Source: Callorhinchus milii
Lineage: Eukaryota
Reading direction: 5' to 3'
Assembly (NCBI RefSeq): GCF_018977255.1
Contig: NW_024704742.1
Coordinates: 20,710,001-20,774,000, forward strand
Length of the DNA: 64,000 nt
The notes beneath the pieces were generated by a model, which made no database searches, was not told the DNA's origin, and was given only the letters and a program-made list of their open reading frames with translations. Position 1 is the stretch's first letter. Each line of letters opens with the position of its first letter. Shown in pieces: positions 11,741 to 22,790 of this stretch. Both the position numbers and the translations under genes were made by a program.

Positions 11741-12061
11741 TTAATAATAATAATCCTTGTATTTGATATAGCGCTTTTCACGTCGGGAGGACGTCCCAAA
11801 GCGCTTCACAGAACACACTGTAAAGTGAATTGACTGTATATTTGTGGGCGAACGTGGCAGCCGATTGCACACAGCAATGTCCCACAAACAGTCGTAGATT
11901 GAAAATGACCAATTTATTATTGTTTTTGGTTTTGGAGGGATTATTATTAGGCTCTGTGTGGAGTAAGGAAACTTGCCCAAGGTTTCGCCCTCTGCCTGGA
12001 ATTGAACTCAGGTCTCTCACTTTCAAAGTGAGTGCTCTAACCACTGAGCTACAGGACTCCA
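11741..12061 (-). mobile_element. tRNA-Ala-derived SINE, young short form
   Basis: Near-identical to 38571-38888. Confidence 0.95.
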
Positions 12062-12142
12062 AGTTCTTTAATTATGATATCTAATATGATATTTTGTTCT
12101 GCCTAACAAAAACTATATGTGTCAAAGCCTCAGCTTAGCCCA

Positions 12143-12201
12143 TCAGCCCACAATCTTTTGACTCGGAGGCGAGAGTGTTACTGACTGAGTCAGGTTGACA
12201 C
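12143..12201 (-). mobile_element. Deu-like SINE head fragment
   Basis: Matches the head at 11135-11196. Confidence 0.6.
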
Positions 12202-13152
12202 CTAAAACCCTAACCTGTTGCTTTGAACTTTAAAGGGAAAAAAATCTACTACAACTGAAGATTACTTACATGAATTAACATTAATATTAATTTGAACTGA
12301 CACTAATCTAAAAAAAATTCCTACATTTTGAAGGAAAGTATACAAATCTTGTCCTGCTATTGCAAGATACATCTCCCACAATTAGTAATCTTGTCAAGTT
12401 ATGAATTGATAAAATAATAACAAGCGATCCAACGGAGGGAGCTTACCTTGGGTACTGTTGACACATCAGTATTAATTCACGTGCATTGCGAAGTTAGACT
12501 TGGGAGGATGTAGGTTACCCTTGTTTTTGGAGTGCCAGCAATGGAAATTCTATGCCTGCTCACTGTTCTCTAGGCTTCTGTCAGATCAGATTGTGCTTTG
12601 CAGCTCCATTCCTTACACAAAAGACAACAGCAGTCACTTCTCATGAAGATGTTCTGTCATTTCGTGACATATTTCCTGTAAAGCAGCATGGACAATGTTC
12701 ATGCAGTTGCCCAATTATTCTATCAGTAACCCCTAAACCCTAATATTAAGCATGTAGAGTAAAATATAATAGCTTGTTAATGGAAGAGTTAACCCAAGCA
12801 TTTCCACTTAGTGCAGTTCATTAATCAAATACAGTATGACTGTCAAATCTGCTGTTTCTCAGTTTACTGAACATAAAGTAATGTAACATATTTAAATGCT
12901 ATATTCATTGCTGTTATTTCAGAGCCTATGGCAGAGGATATTATAGTATCTGTCTTTCCTAAATGCCTGGTTTTATTTGCATTAGTTATATGCGTAAAAC
13001 TATTGAGGGTGAAAATTGCAATACTTGACAGATTTGATTTGATGTGTTAAGTAACAAGTCATGTGTGTTATTAAGAAACACCTCAGTTTCCTGATAACAA
13101 AATACTGGACATGGGCATGAATTCCTTTCCCTCCTGAAGGTCGTGGAGGACT

Positions 13153-13169
13153 GGGGGGGGGGGGGGGGG
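13153..13169 (+). repeat. G17 homopolymer
   Basis: Seen directly. Confidence 0.95.
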
Positions 13170-14143
13170 AGGAGAGATTACAGTGTTTCTTAACCGAATT
13201 GTGTATATGAAATCCGCCGAGGAATAAGCCAAATTTTCTTGCCATTTTGTTGTCCCGAGGCTTCACGGTTTCCTGTTCTAAGGAAACAGTAAAGTTTCAT
13301 TTCTTTGCCTGACTTCCAACTTCATACTGAGGTTGGGAATGAGTTAATGCTTGGCAAAGTTGAAAATTAAGTCTCTGAATTTATATTCACTGTGAGCAGC
13401 CCAATGATCACCCCCACTGCGTTCCTTGCATGGCTCCTTGTTACAGCAAGGAAATGCACAAAGAAGTTAAAATTATTTTAATAGTGATCGCTGCTTGGCA
13501 CCAGAAATAATAAGGCACGGCAGCAACTGCTTTGGAAAAATTTATGCAGCACGACCAGAAGCAAGATATTTTAGACGTCAATGCATTATGTAGTCAAACT
13601 GATTCAGTCCGTTCTTGTTTACTCCCTCAGAAGAGGAAAGATTTACATGTTCCAGTCTCCAGCTTAGACATTCCTTCAGTACTGTCAGGGAATATTAGTA
13701 AGACCTTCTTTAACTCACTTGTGCAGAACGTACGTATTGTGAACCAGTAGTTTATGAAGAGTAAGTCATCCAGTGATGCTCACTGGATAAGCAATGCCCA
13801 GTTTTTACTGCTGGATACAATTTATTCTCGCTGCCAACATTAAATTGCCTGGGAGTAAGAAGTCTGAATTATATTTATTGCTCTGGAATTCCATCAGGTG
13901 AAAGGTTAAGGAGACCTCTTTGCAATTAAACTAACTGGTACTGAATGACAGTCACTTTTTAATATTATTTAAAAGCTGAGAGTGGAAATGGCTCATCAAT
14001 AACACTCAAAATGGTGCCTTAAACTTTCTAGGGTACTCTAATAGATCAATATTAAGGAGTCCTTTTCAAGTGGAAGCTGTTTGCATTAAGCCTGTACTTT
14101 TACTAGAAGGATTGTGATAATAGGTGTGGTTAAAGCCCTTGAT

Positions 14144-14451
14144 GTGGAGTTCTGTAGCTCAGTGGCTTTGTAAGCGAGAGACCTGGGTTTGATTCCCATC
14201 AGGGTGAAACCTTGGGCAAGTTTCCTTATTCCACACGCCTGATAATAATCCCTCAAGAAAATAAAACCATAATAAATTGGTCACTTCAAACCATGACTGT
14301 TTGTGGGATACTGCTGTGCACAATTGGCTGCCGCATTTCGCACACAAATATACAGTCAATCACTTTACAGTCTATTCTGTGAAGTGCTTTGAGACGTCTA
14401 GAAGACATAAAAAGTGCTATATCAAATGCAAGGATTATTATTATTATTATT
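14144..14451 (+). mobile_element. tRNA-Ala-derived SINE with a small head deletion
   Basis: Collinear with 11275-11591. Confidence 0.9.
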
Positions 14452-14634
14452 GATTGACATGTGTGCCAATAGGTATGATTAAAGCATTTCATTGGCACGT
14501 GAGCACAGCATAAAAAGAGTGTGAAATAGCAATGAAGAGTGACAGGTAGTTTGGGAATGACTGAGTGTGAATAAGAGCAGTGTAAATACATATAAAATCT
14601 GATTGACAAAAAGAAGAATGTCTCTTGACTCATA

Positions 14635-14875
14635 ACAGGGATGGTTGTTAGTCGATTGGCAGATTGCTTTTCTGGGGGTAATAATTCCTTAAAAAAAGAA
14701 TAAATTACTCACTTGAATCTACGACTGGTTGTGGGACACTGCTGTGCGCAATTGGTTGCAGTGTTTTGCCTACAAAATATACAGTGAATATACAGTATAT
14801 TCTGTGAAGCACTTTGAGACATCTCAAAGACATGATAAGGCGCCATATCAAATGCAAGGAGTATTATTATTATTA
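14635..14875 (+). mobile_element. Long-form SINE, 3' part
   Basis: GGTTGTTAGTCGATTGGCAGATTGCTTTTC block shared with 50395-50742; standard tail. Confidence 0.8.
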
Positions 14876-15439
14876 AAAATCAATGGCTTGGTGATTCACC
14901 TCCAGAAGATACTTTAATAAACAGGCTCTAATGTGAATTGTTTAAAGTGTGTCCCTGAACACCATCAATACTGTGTTTATCATTTGCAAAAAGCACTTGA
15001 ACAGTAAAAGCACTGGAAGCAATTGAAAGTACTCCACACATTAACACAGAAAATGACAGAAATCTAGCAAAGAGACAGCTTTTTAATATATGTCAATTTT
15101 CAGTTATTTAAAAATAGCTTTTTTTCCACATGTGTACCCACAGTACCTATTGCGGGATATTGAATTGTGACAGAGGTCTTTTTCTTGAAATCCTAACTTG
15201 GTACAAAGAATGCAGCGTGGTCACTTAGGTCAACTGGTAGCAGTGGTGGTGCTGGTTGGTAAAAGTAAAACAGGAAAGAGTGCCCTGGTTGGCAGCAGCC
15301 ATCAGAATATGGTACTGTCATTGATGGCTTCAGCTATCTTAAATCCAACAGCAGCTTGCTACAACCTGAGGAACCTGCTTACAAGCATAGGGAATTAAAG
15401 ACACTTAAACCCCTTTCGCCGGGACTCTGACCTCAAAGA

Positions 15440-15750
15440 CTGACAATCCAATGCAGTGCTTATCAGTTGTGCTGTCCTTTAGATGAGACATTAAACTGAA
15501 GTCCCATCTGCTTGTCCAGGATCCTTGGCTCTATATGAATAGATAGTTTCTCCCAGTGCCTGGCCAATAATTCCCCTGATGAAAAATTGCACAGTCACTT
15601 TGCAGCTCTTCGTGGGACATTGTTCTGCATAAATTGGGTGCCACATTTCTCTAAAAATCTGCAGTCACTACACGTTGCAGAAAAAATCCTGTGAAATGCT
15701 TTGTGATGTTTCAACAACATGATAAGGCAGTACATGAGATCCAAGAATTG
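15440..15750 (+). mobile_element. Deu-like SINE fragment
   Basis: GATGAGACATTAAACTGAAGTCCCATCTG core and decayed tail. Confidence 0.6.
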
Positions 15751-16118
15751 TTTCTTTTGTGACTGTATCCCCTTGTCTGGACACAGAAAAAAAGTTTCAC
15801 TCCAATTAGAAGCATTACATTTCCTCCTCTTCTATCCCTGTTGTAAAATACATTGAGTTAGTTTCTTCTTCTGTGTTGCATGCCACAGTGTGCAAGTTTT
15901 TATCTGGTAAACTTAATGGTTTAGAGTGCAAGAGACATTAATACAATGTTGAGGCATCATTTTGCTCCAAGCAATGAAAAGGTGCACTGGGTACCATTAA
16001 CCAGAACCATACAACATTACAGGGAGATTGGAGACTGGTTTGGCAGTGTTGCAATACAGTCCTGTTGACCTTAATACAACATGTTTAACTGTGTTTTTGT
16101 TTGTTACCAACTTGGCCT

Positions 16119-16190
16119 AATACTTTCTGGAATTAGGTGAGCAGGTTGTGTCCCAATACTTCCTGAAATTAAGTGAACAGGTTGTGTCTG
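16119..16190 (+). repeat. 36-bp tandem duplication
   Basis: AATACTTTCTGGAATTAGGTGAGCAGGTTGTGTCCC / AATACTTCCTGAAATTAAGTGAACAGGTTGTGTCTG. Confidence 0.9.
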
Positions 16191-16664
16191 CTTCAGAGAA
16201 GCAGTAATTGCCATGCATATGGATAACCTCTAAGTAATGTGGTTCGAATAATCTTAAACATGATGATAAGTTTCTTTGTGTATAAGACACACAGCTGACC
16301 AAAAACTTTTGTAAGATCACAAATGCCAAAGGTGTTTGCCATCTAAATATTGTGCTAGGTTATTTGGAGAGAGCTCTCAAAAGGTACTTTAAGAAGGCAA
16401 TAAGTCTGCTTCAGACGGCATAAACATGTTTGCATTAATTTATGGAATACAGAACGATTGGAAGGTCTGCAGTATTGATAACCTTAAAGCAAACCTGGTT
16501 ATGATGAACCATTTTCTGATTAACTTGTGATATTGAAACTCAAGTTTACTCAACTTTCCACAGCCTTTCCTTGTTTTTATGCATCAAAGAGAGGACTTCA
16601 TATTTTTAAATATTTTCACTGTATTTAAATTCTAGTTTTTACTGTATATAAAACTATGCAATAT

Positions 16665-18048
16665 AATAATAATTCTTGCATTTGTTATAGCACCTCCAAA
16701 AGTGGATGTTTCGAAGTGTTTCTCGGAATTTTCGGTGAAGTGGAATAACTGTGACACAGGATCAACTTCCACATGTACGCGGATGACATCCAACTCTGTC
16801 TCTTTGCCTCCACCCTCAATTCCAGGACAAGTGATACCCTGACAGAATGTCTGTCAGACATCAAGTCCTGGATGAGAGCTAACTTTCTACAGCTGAATAT
16901 CAGCAAGACTGAGGCCCCCCTGATTGGCTCGTGCCAGCGTCGCCGCACCTCAAGCACTGGCAACATCAGCATCCATGAATGCACACTCCACCTCACCAAG
17001 CTAGTCAGGAACCTGGGGGTCTTGTTCGACTCTCAGCTGTCTTTTCTCACCCATATCCATGCCACGACCCGCTCCATCTTCCCACACCTACACAATATTG
17101 CTTGACTCTGCCACTCTTTCGCCCCTCAGGCCGCCGAAACCCTCAGTCACACATTCATCACCTCAAGGCTCGACTACGGAAACTTCCTCTTCCCAACTCT
17201 TCCCTCCACAAGCTGCAGATCATTCAGGACTCTGCAGTTCCTGTACTCTCCCACACTAGGCTCCATGACCCCATCACCCCCACCCTCGCCTGCCTCCACT
17301 GGCTCCCCATCCCTCAGAGGATAGAATTCAAAATTCTCATCCTCACTCTCAAGGACCTTCCTGACCTTGTCCCTCCTACTTCTCTGACCTGCTGACCCCC
17401 TATCAATATGTCTGCTCCCTCCGTTCAGCAACCTCCGACCTGCTCCATATCTCCCGTCCGACCTGCCCTACCATCGATGGCCAGGCTTTCCGCCTCTCTG
17501 CCCCCACCATTTGGAACTTCATCCCACAATCCCTTCGCCTTGCTCCCTCCCTTGCCTCTTTCAAGGCATGACTCAAGGCCTCACTTTTCGACGGTGCCTT
17601 CAGCCACCCTCCTACTTCTCTGCCCTCCCTCATCCCAACCCTGATCCCCCACACTTGGGTCCTGATCCCCGACTGTTCAGCGCCTTGGGACGTCCTCCCA
17701 ACATGAAAGATGCTTTACAAATGTAATGCTGATGTTGTATATTTGTGTGCAAACATTTGCTCATTTGCACACAGCAATGTTCCACAAACAGCAATGAAAC
17801 AAATAAATAGTTTTATTTGGGGGATTGTTGACAAGTACATTGAGAAAAACTCTTCTCTTTTTGAGTAGCGCATGGGATTTTTAATGTCTACTTGAACAAA
17901 CAGTTGGGACCTCAATTTAATATCTCATCTGAAGGACGGCATCTTCAAAACGCCCTCAGTCAATGGGAATAGAAGTCTGGATGTGGGGCTTGAATCCACA
18001 ACCTTCTAACTCAGACGCAAGAGCACTACCAACTGAGCCTGGCTGACA
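16665..18048 (-). mobile_element. Deu-like SINE split by the L2 at 16760-17733
   Basis: Tail at 16665-16752; the body resumes at ~17736 and runs to the head at 18048. Confidence 0.65.
16760..17733 (+). mobile_element. L2 3' fragment (~1 kb), frameshifted
   Basis: NFHMYADDIQL..CLSDIKSWMRANFLQLNISKTE..VRNLGVLFD; 3' stem-loop at ~17680-17715. Confidence 0.95.
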
Positions 18049-18609
18049 TAAAACTGTGATACCATGAGACTTTTATACTAATCATGACATGTATAAAAAT
18101 AGCCAGTCCAGGGAGACTATGAAATTCCCAGGACCTGTGAGATTCCCCAGTGTTGATTTTCTGCTTCATTCACTAGATGTAGGGAATTTATTAATGTGGG
18201 CTTTGAGCTATTCTGCTTCGTTCGCTGAGTTTAGCAGATTTGTGATTGCACTTGTGAATAATTATAATGCGATTTTCTGTGTATAATTTAATTTTACATT
18301 TAGAATGTAATTTTATTTATAATTTAAAATTGTATTAGTTATTTATTGGTGCACATGACAATGTTCAGCAGACTCCATACCAGTCTGTAAAGGTCAGTGC
18401 AGTTACCCAAGATTGCAGACCAGAGAGGCAGCAAGCAACATTTTGAAGAAAATCTTTCAAGTGCAACAACCACAGATCTGAACTGTTACAAAACAAGGTG
18501 ATTCTTTCTTTAAAAAAAATCTGCAGCATCAATTAAAGGTTCTGAACAGGAATTTTCTTTTTTTGCATCCTTTTTTTTTCTGGTTGGTTGTGCTTTTCCC
18601 CACAAGGTC

Positions 18610-18637
<28 letters not shown>
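18610..18637. repeat. (TA)n microsatellite
   Basis: Seen directly. Confidence 0.95.
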
Positions 18638-18640
<3 letters not shown>

Positions 18641-20260
18641 TCAGCCTGACACATGCGGAAACCCATCACCATAGTTAAGAGTAACCAAACCAAGCTGAGA
18701 TTTCCATGTATCCCACCTACACATGGAAATTCCAGAGATAGACTGTTGGACTGGAAAGCACACTCTCTCCCTGGACAGATGGATGTTCATTACCTAATTC
18801 CAGAAAATATTAGGCGCAGGTTGGCAAGTGCCAAGGTTTGGGGACCCCAGTGTGCGTTGATGTACTGCTCGAGTTAACTTCCACATGTATGCGGATGACA
18901 CCCAACTCTACCTTTCCTCCTCTACTCTCAACTCCACGACCACCGATGTCCTGACAGCCTGCCTGTCTGACATCGAGTCTTGGACGAGAGACAACTTTCT
19001 TCAGCTCAACGTGCGAAAAACCGAGGCCCTCCTGATTGGCTCACGTCAGCGCCTCCGCACCTCAGGCGCCGACACCATCAGCATCCAAGGCTGCACTCTC
19101 CACCTCTCAAAGCCAGTCAGGAACCTCGGCGTTTTGTTCGACCCTGAGCTGTCCTTTCTCCCTCACATCCGCACCACAACTGGCACCGCCTTCCATCACC
19201 TCCGGAACATCGCCAGACTACGGCACTACCTCACCCCTCACGCTGCTGAAACCCTGGTCCACGCCTTTGTCATCTCAAGGCTGGACTATGGGAACTCTCT
19301 CCTCGCCGGCCTTCCCGCCACCTCCCTCCACAAGCTGCAGGTCATTCAGAACTCTGCAGCTCGTGTACTGTCCCGCACCAGGCTTCGGGACCACATCACT
19401 CCCACCCTCGCTCGCCTCCACTGGCTCCCCATCCCCCAGAGGATCGATTTCAAGATCCTCATCCTCACCTATAAGGCCATTCACGGCCTTGCTCCCTCCT
19501 ACCTCTCTGACCTACTATCCCCCTACCTACCTGCCCGTACCCTCCGTTCCTCCGGCTCCGGTCTGCTCCACGTCCCCCGCCCCAATCGCCCTACCATCGG
19601 TGGTCGGGCCTTCAGCCTCTCAGCCCCCAGGCTCTGGAACTCCATCCCCTAGTGCCTTCGCCGCTTCCTCCCTCTCCTCCTTCAAGGCTGGTCTCAAAAC
19701 CTTTCTCTTTGACCGAGCCTTCAGCTCCCCTCTCGACTCTCTTCCCCCTCCTCGCTCCCTCCCTTCCCTCCCCTCACCCTGACCATTTCCCCCCTCCTCG
19801 CTCCCTCCCTTCCCTCCCCTCACCCTAACCATTTCCCCCTGCTCGGGTCCTGACCCAACTGTGCAGCGCCTTGGGACGTCCTCCTGACGTGAAAGGCGCT
19901 TTATAAATGGAATCTTGTTGTTGTTGTTGTTGTTGGAGTCTAACCAGCTAAAACCGCATAGCTTGCATTGATATTGCTGTCTGGCGGGTTTTTCTCGCTG
20001 CTTGTCCAGCCAGGAGCACCCTACCTGTTGGCTTGCAGGGTTAACAGGAGCTGAGTTGGATGACTCCCTGCCACCAGTGGTTAGTCTGCCCTTCGAGGTC
20101 CTATCAATGGGCCAAGCTGAGTGGTCTGTCATCAGCAGTACCCTGGAATACTGTGGGCCCGCCTGGCTCAGGAACCAAACTACAGAGGGCTGGCTCTTGG
20201 AGCCAGTTCAGGGGGTGGAAACCATCTGGTTACAAGAGACCTCAGAAAAAAAAACTTTAA
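18638..20260 (+). repeat. Family X, copy 3, split by a young L2
   Basis: 5' half at 18638-18873 and 3' half from 19936; the unbroken junction is seen in the copy at 1-392. Confidence 0.75.
18871..19935 (+). mobile_element. Young L2 3' fragment with a 255-aa open RT C-terminal region
   Basis: ORF 18885-19652: YADD, NFLQLN..KTE, VRNLGVLFD, SRLDYGNSLL, LHWLPI, LWNS. The TAG at 19650 is CAG in the copy at ~43040. CpGs retained. Confidence 0.97.
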
Positions 20261-21264
20261 ATTAGATCTAATTCTGTTGTAATGCAGATAGAGGCTCCTT
20301 TGGCAATTGGAAGTACGTCACAGCAACACATGGGAACTGCATTCTGGAAATAGATTAGGTTCGGAGCAGAGTTTCTGCAGGTCGGTATGACATGTTTCTG
20401 GTTGCCTCAATTCGTACCACAGAGACCTCATTAAGGAATCACATTACAAATTGCCATCATTTAGATTTCATTGTGTTCAATTAAATATAAACTGAATGGT
20501 GATCTCGCCAAGAGCCGAGTTTTTCGTTCACCAAGATTGCAAAAATGTATCACGTGAATAAAGTATGAAAATCTTGACAAAAAATCCAGCTTTATCTTTC
20601 ATACCAGATAATGCCAGTTCCTCAAGGTAGCACCTCATAAAGAGAAGCTGTGATCAGCACAGTGATCAAAATGCATTGCAATTTTATTATATGCAGTACA
20701 TATATATACATAGATATAGATATATACATATTATCTATTCAAACCTGCAAGTAAGCATAATGGAACTTTATGTTACTGTGGAAAATTGCTTTCTCAGAAA
20801 ATGCCATGATTGAAGTGTCCATATAAAGTATAACTGTGTCAGTCATGATAATGACCTGCCAATCAGCCTGGAAAGTCAGTTTATTTTCTTTGTGATTGAT
20901 TTAACCACTTTGACAGCCAGTTACAGGCTATAGTGAGAGCATTCTGGAATGGATTCTGGAATGACTCGTGAAAGATGAACCACTGTTATTGTTTCTGCAA
21001 CTTTAAGACAATTGTTGGACTTGGCACATCAACTGGGTGAAACCTTGAGTTGTTGACTATTGAAAGGGATGGCTCAAGCCTGCAAAACAGTGAGATGTGG
21101 GCACTCAATTGGGTGGTAGAAGATGAAGGACAGTTGAAGACAAAATTAAACAGAGACTAAAGAAATGCTCTATGATTTTTGACAGATTATTTTCATTGGG
21201 AGGATGCGAGCTGGTAACATAACACCATGTCTAAATACCATGCAGACAACGTATACATATCTAT

Positions 21265-21588
21265 AAATAATAATAATAATAATCCTTGTATTTGATATAG
21301 CGCTTTTCACGTCGGGAGGACGTCCCAAAGCGCTTCACAGAACACACTGTAAAGTGAATTGACTGTATATTTGTGGACGAATGCGGCAACCAATTGCGCA
21401 CAGCAATGTCCCACAAACAGTCGTAGATTGAAAATGACCAATTTATTATTGTTTTTGTTTTTTTGGAGGGATTATTGTTAGGCGTGTGGAGTAAGGAAAC
21501 TTGCCCGAGGTTTCTCCCTGCCTGGAATTGAACTCAGGTCTCTCACTTGCAAAGCGAGTGCTCTAACCATTGAGCTACAGGACTCCAC
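21265..21588 (-). mobile_element. tRNA-Ala-derived SINE, young short form
   Basis: Near-identical to 38571-38888. Confidence 0.95.
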
Positions 21589-21899
21589 AATAGTAAAATT
21601 AGGACCAGATCTGTCTGTGTTTGATTCCACCGCCATTATTTTTAACCCCCAAAATATCAAATCCATCCCATTGTGTATAATTCCTAATCAAACATTGCAG
21701 CAAGTCAAATAAGATCTTGACTGGAACAGAAAAGATGCTTTTTAATCATGTTATTTATATTCAGTTCTTTAAATAAATCCACTTACACAAACATAGTTGA
21801 GAAGTTAAGGATTTGAGGATAAAGGAACCAGTGTGTGTGCTCGCCTGTTCAGAATGATTCGGTGAACAAGTGATCAAATGGTCCTTAGGATACATTATC

Positions 21900-22595
21900 C
21901 AACCATTTCCAAGGAAAACTGTTTTTCACACAGAGTGTTGCTGGTATGTGGAATGCCCTGTCAAGTAAGGTGGCAGAAGTAGAGTCCATTGTGGGTTTCA
22001 AGAGGGAAGTAGACAGGTATAGTAAAGATAGAGGCTTAAAAATATTTAAGGCAGTGCAGTGAGATTAATAATAATAATTGCATTTGGTGTAACGTCTGTT
22101 ACATCAGGTGGATGTCCTGAAGTGCTTCACAGGATGTATTGTAAAGTGGAGTGACATTGTGTTTCGTGGGTGAATGTGGCAGCCAATTTGTGTACAGCAA
22201 TGTCCCACAAATAACCATGGAGTGAGTACCCAATTTCATTTTGGGGGATTGTTTGCCAAAGAGATTACAAAATCTTGCTTCTCTTTTTGAATAGTACCAC
22301 AGATCCTTAATGTCCGCCCGAACAGGCAGACAGGATTTTGGTTTAACGCTTCATCCAAAGGACGGTACCTCCCACATTGGAGCACACTCCCAGCACTGCA
22401 TTTGAGTGTCAGTTGATACAATACAATTTCTAGTCGTGATGTGGAATTTGAACCTACAAGCATTTGACTCAGAGGAGAGAGTGTTATTATCTGATCCACC
22501 CTGACACACATTGAATGAATATCTTGGTGTGAGAGCTGGTCCAGACGTAATGGGCTGAATGGCCTCTTTCTGTGTTGTAAATTTCGATGATTCTC
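21900..22595 (+). mobile_element. CR1 3' end split by a Deu-like SINE
   Basis: FFTQSVAGMWNALS at ~21922; CR1 terminal GGGCTGAATGGCCTCTTTCTGTG at ~22552. Confidence 0.65.
22067..22507 (-). mobile_element. Deu-like SINE, near full length
   Basis: Head at 22440-22507, core TTGGATGAAGCGTTAAACC, (TTA)n tail. Confidence 0.8.
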
Positions 22596-22596
22596 T

Positions 22597-22790
22597 GAGG
22601 TATTTTGTCAACCACTTGTCAGAAGTCCAGCTATACATTATTTGGCTTCCAACAGTCAATTTGGGCTGTCATTTCCTCAAAGTCTATGAGATTGGTCAGA
22701 GAAGACCTATCCTTTCTGATCCCATGCTGGCTGTCATTTATTAAATTATTTTTATACAAGTAATATTCCATTTCCTTTCTAAAAATGGCC
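22597..22790 (-). mobile_element. CR1 RT fragment
   Basis: NDSQHGIRKDRSSLTNLIDFEEMT followed by a frameshifted LDF..VDK. Confidence 0.75.

Noticed and set aside
12448..12675. Minus-strand coding exon (AAG|GTAAGC donor, TTTACAG acceptor)
   Set aside because: Stops in all three frames; a non-coding exon cannot be excluded but has no support.
18885..19652. Autonomous or domesticated RT gene
   Set aside because: 5'-truncated at YADD, with a premature stop relative to a sister copy and no endonuclease.
19036..19782. 248-aa Pro/Ser-rich ORF and similar ORFs (42783, 27434, 46442)
   Set aside because: Alternative frames of C-rich L2 sequence.
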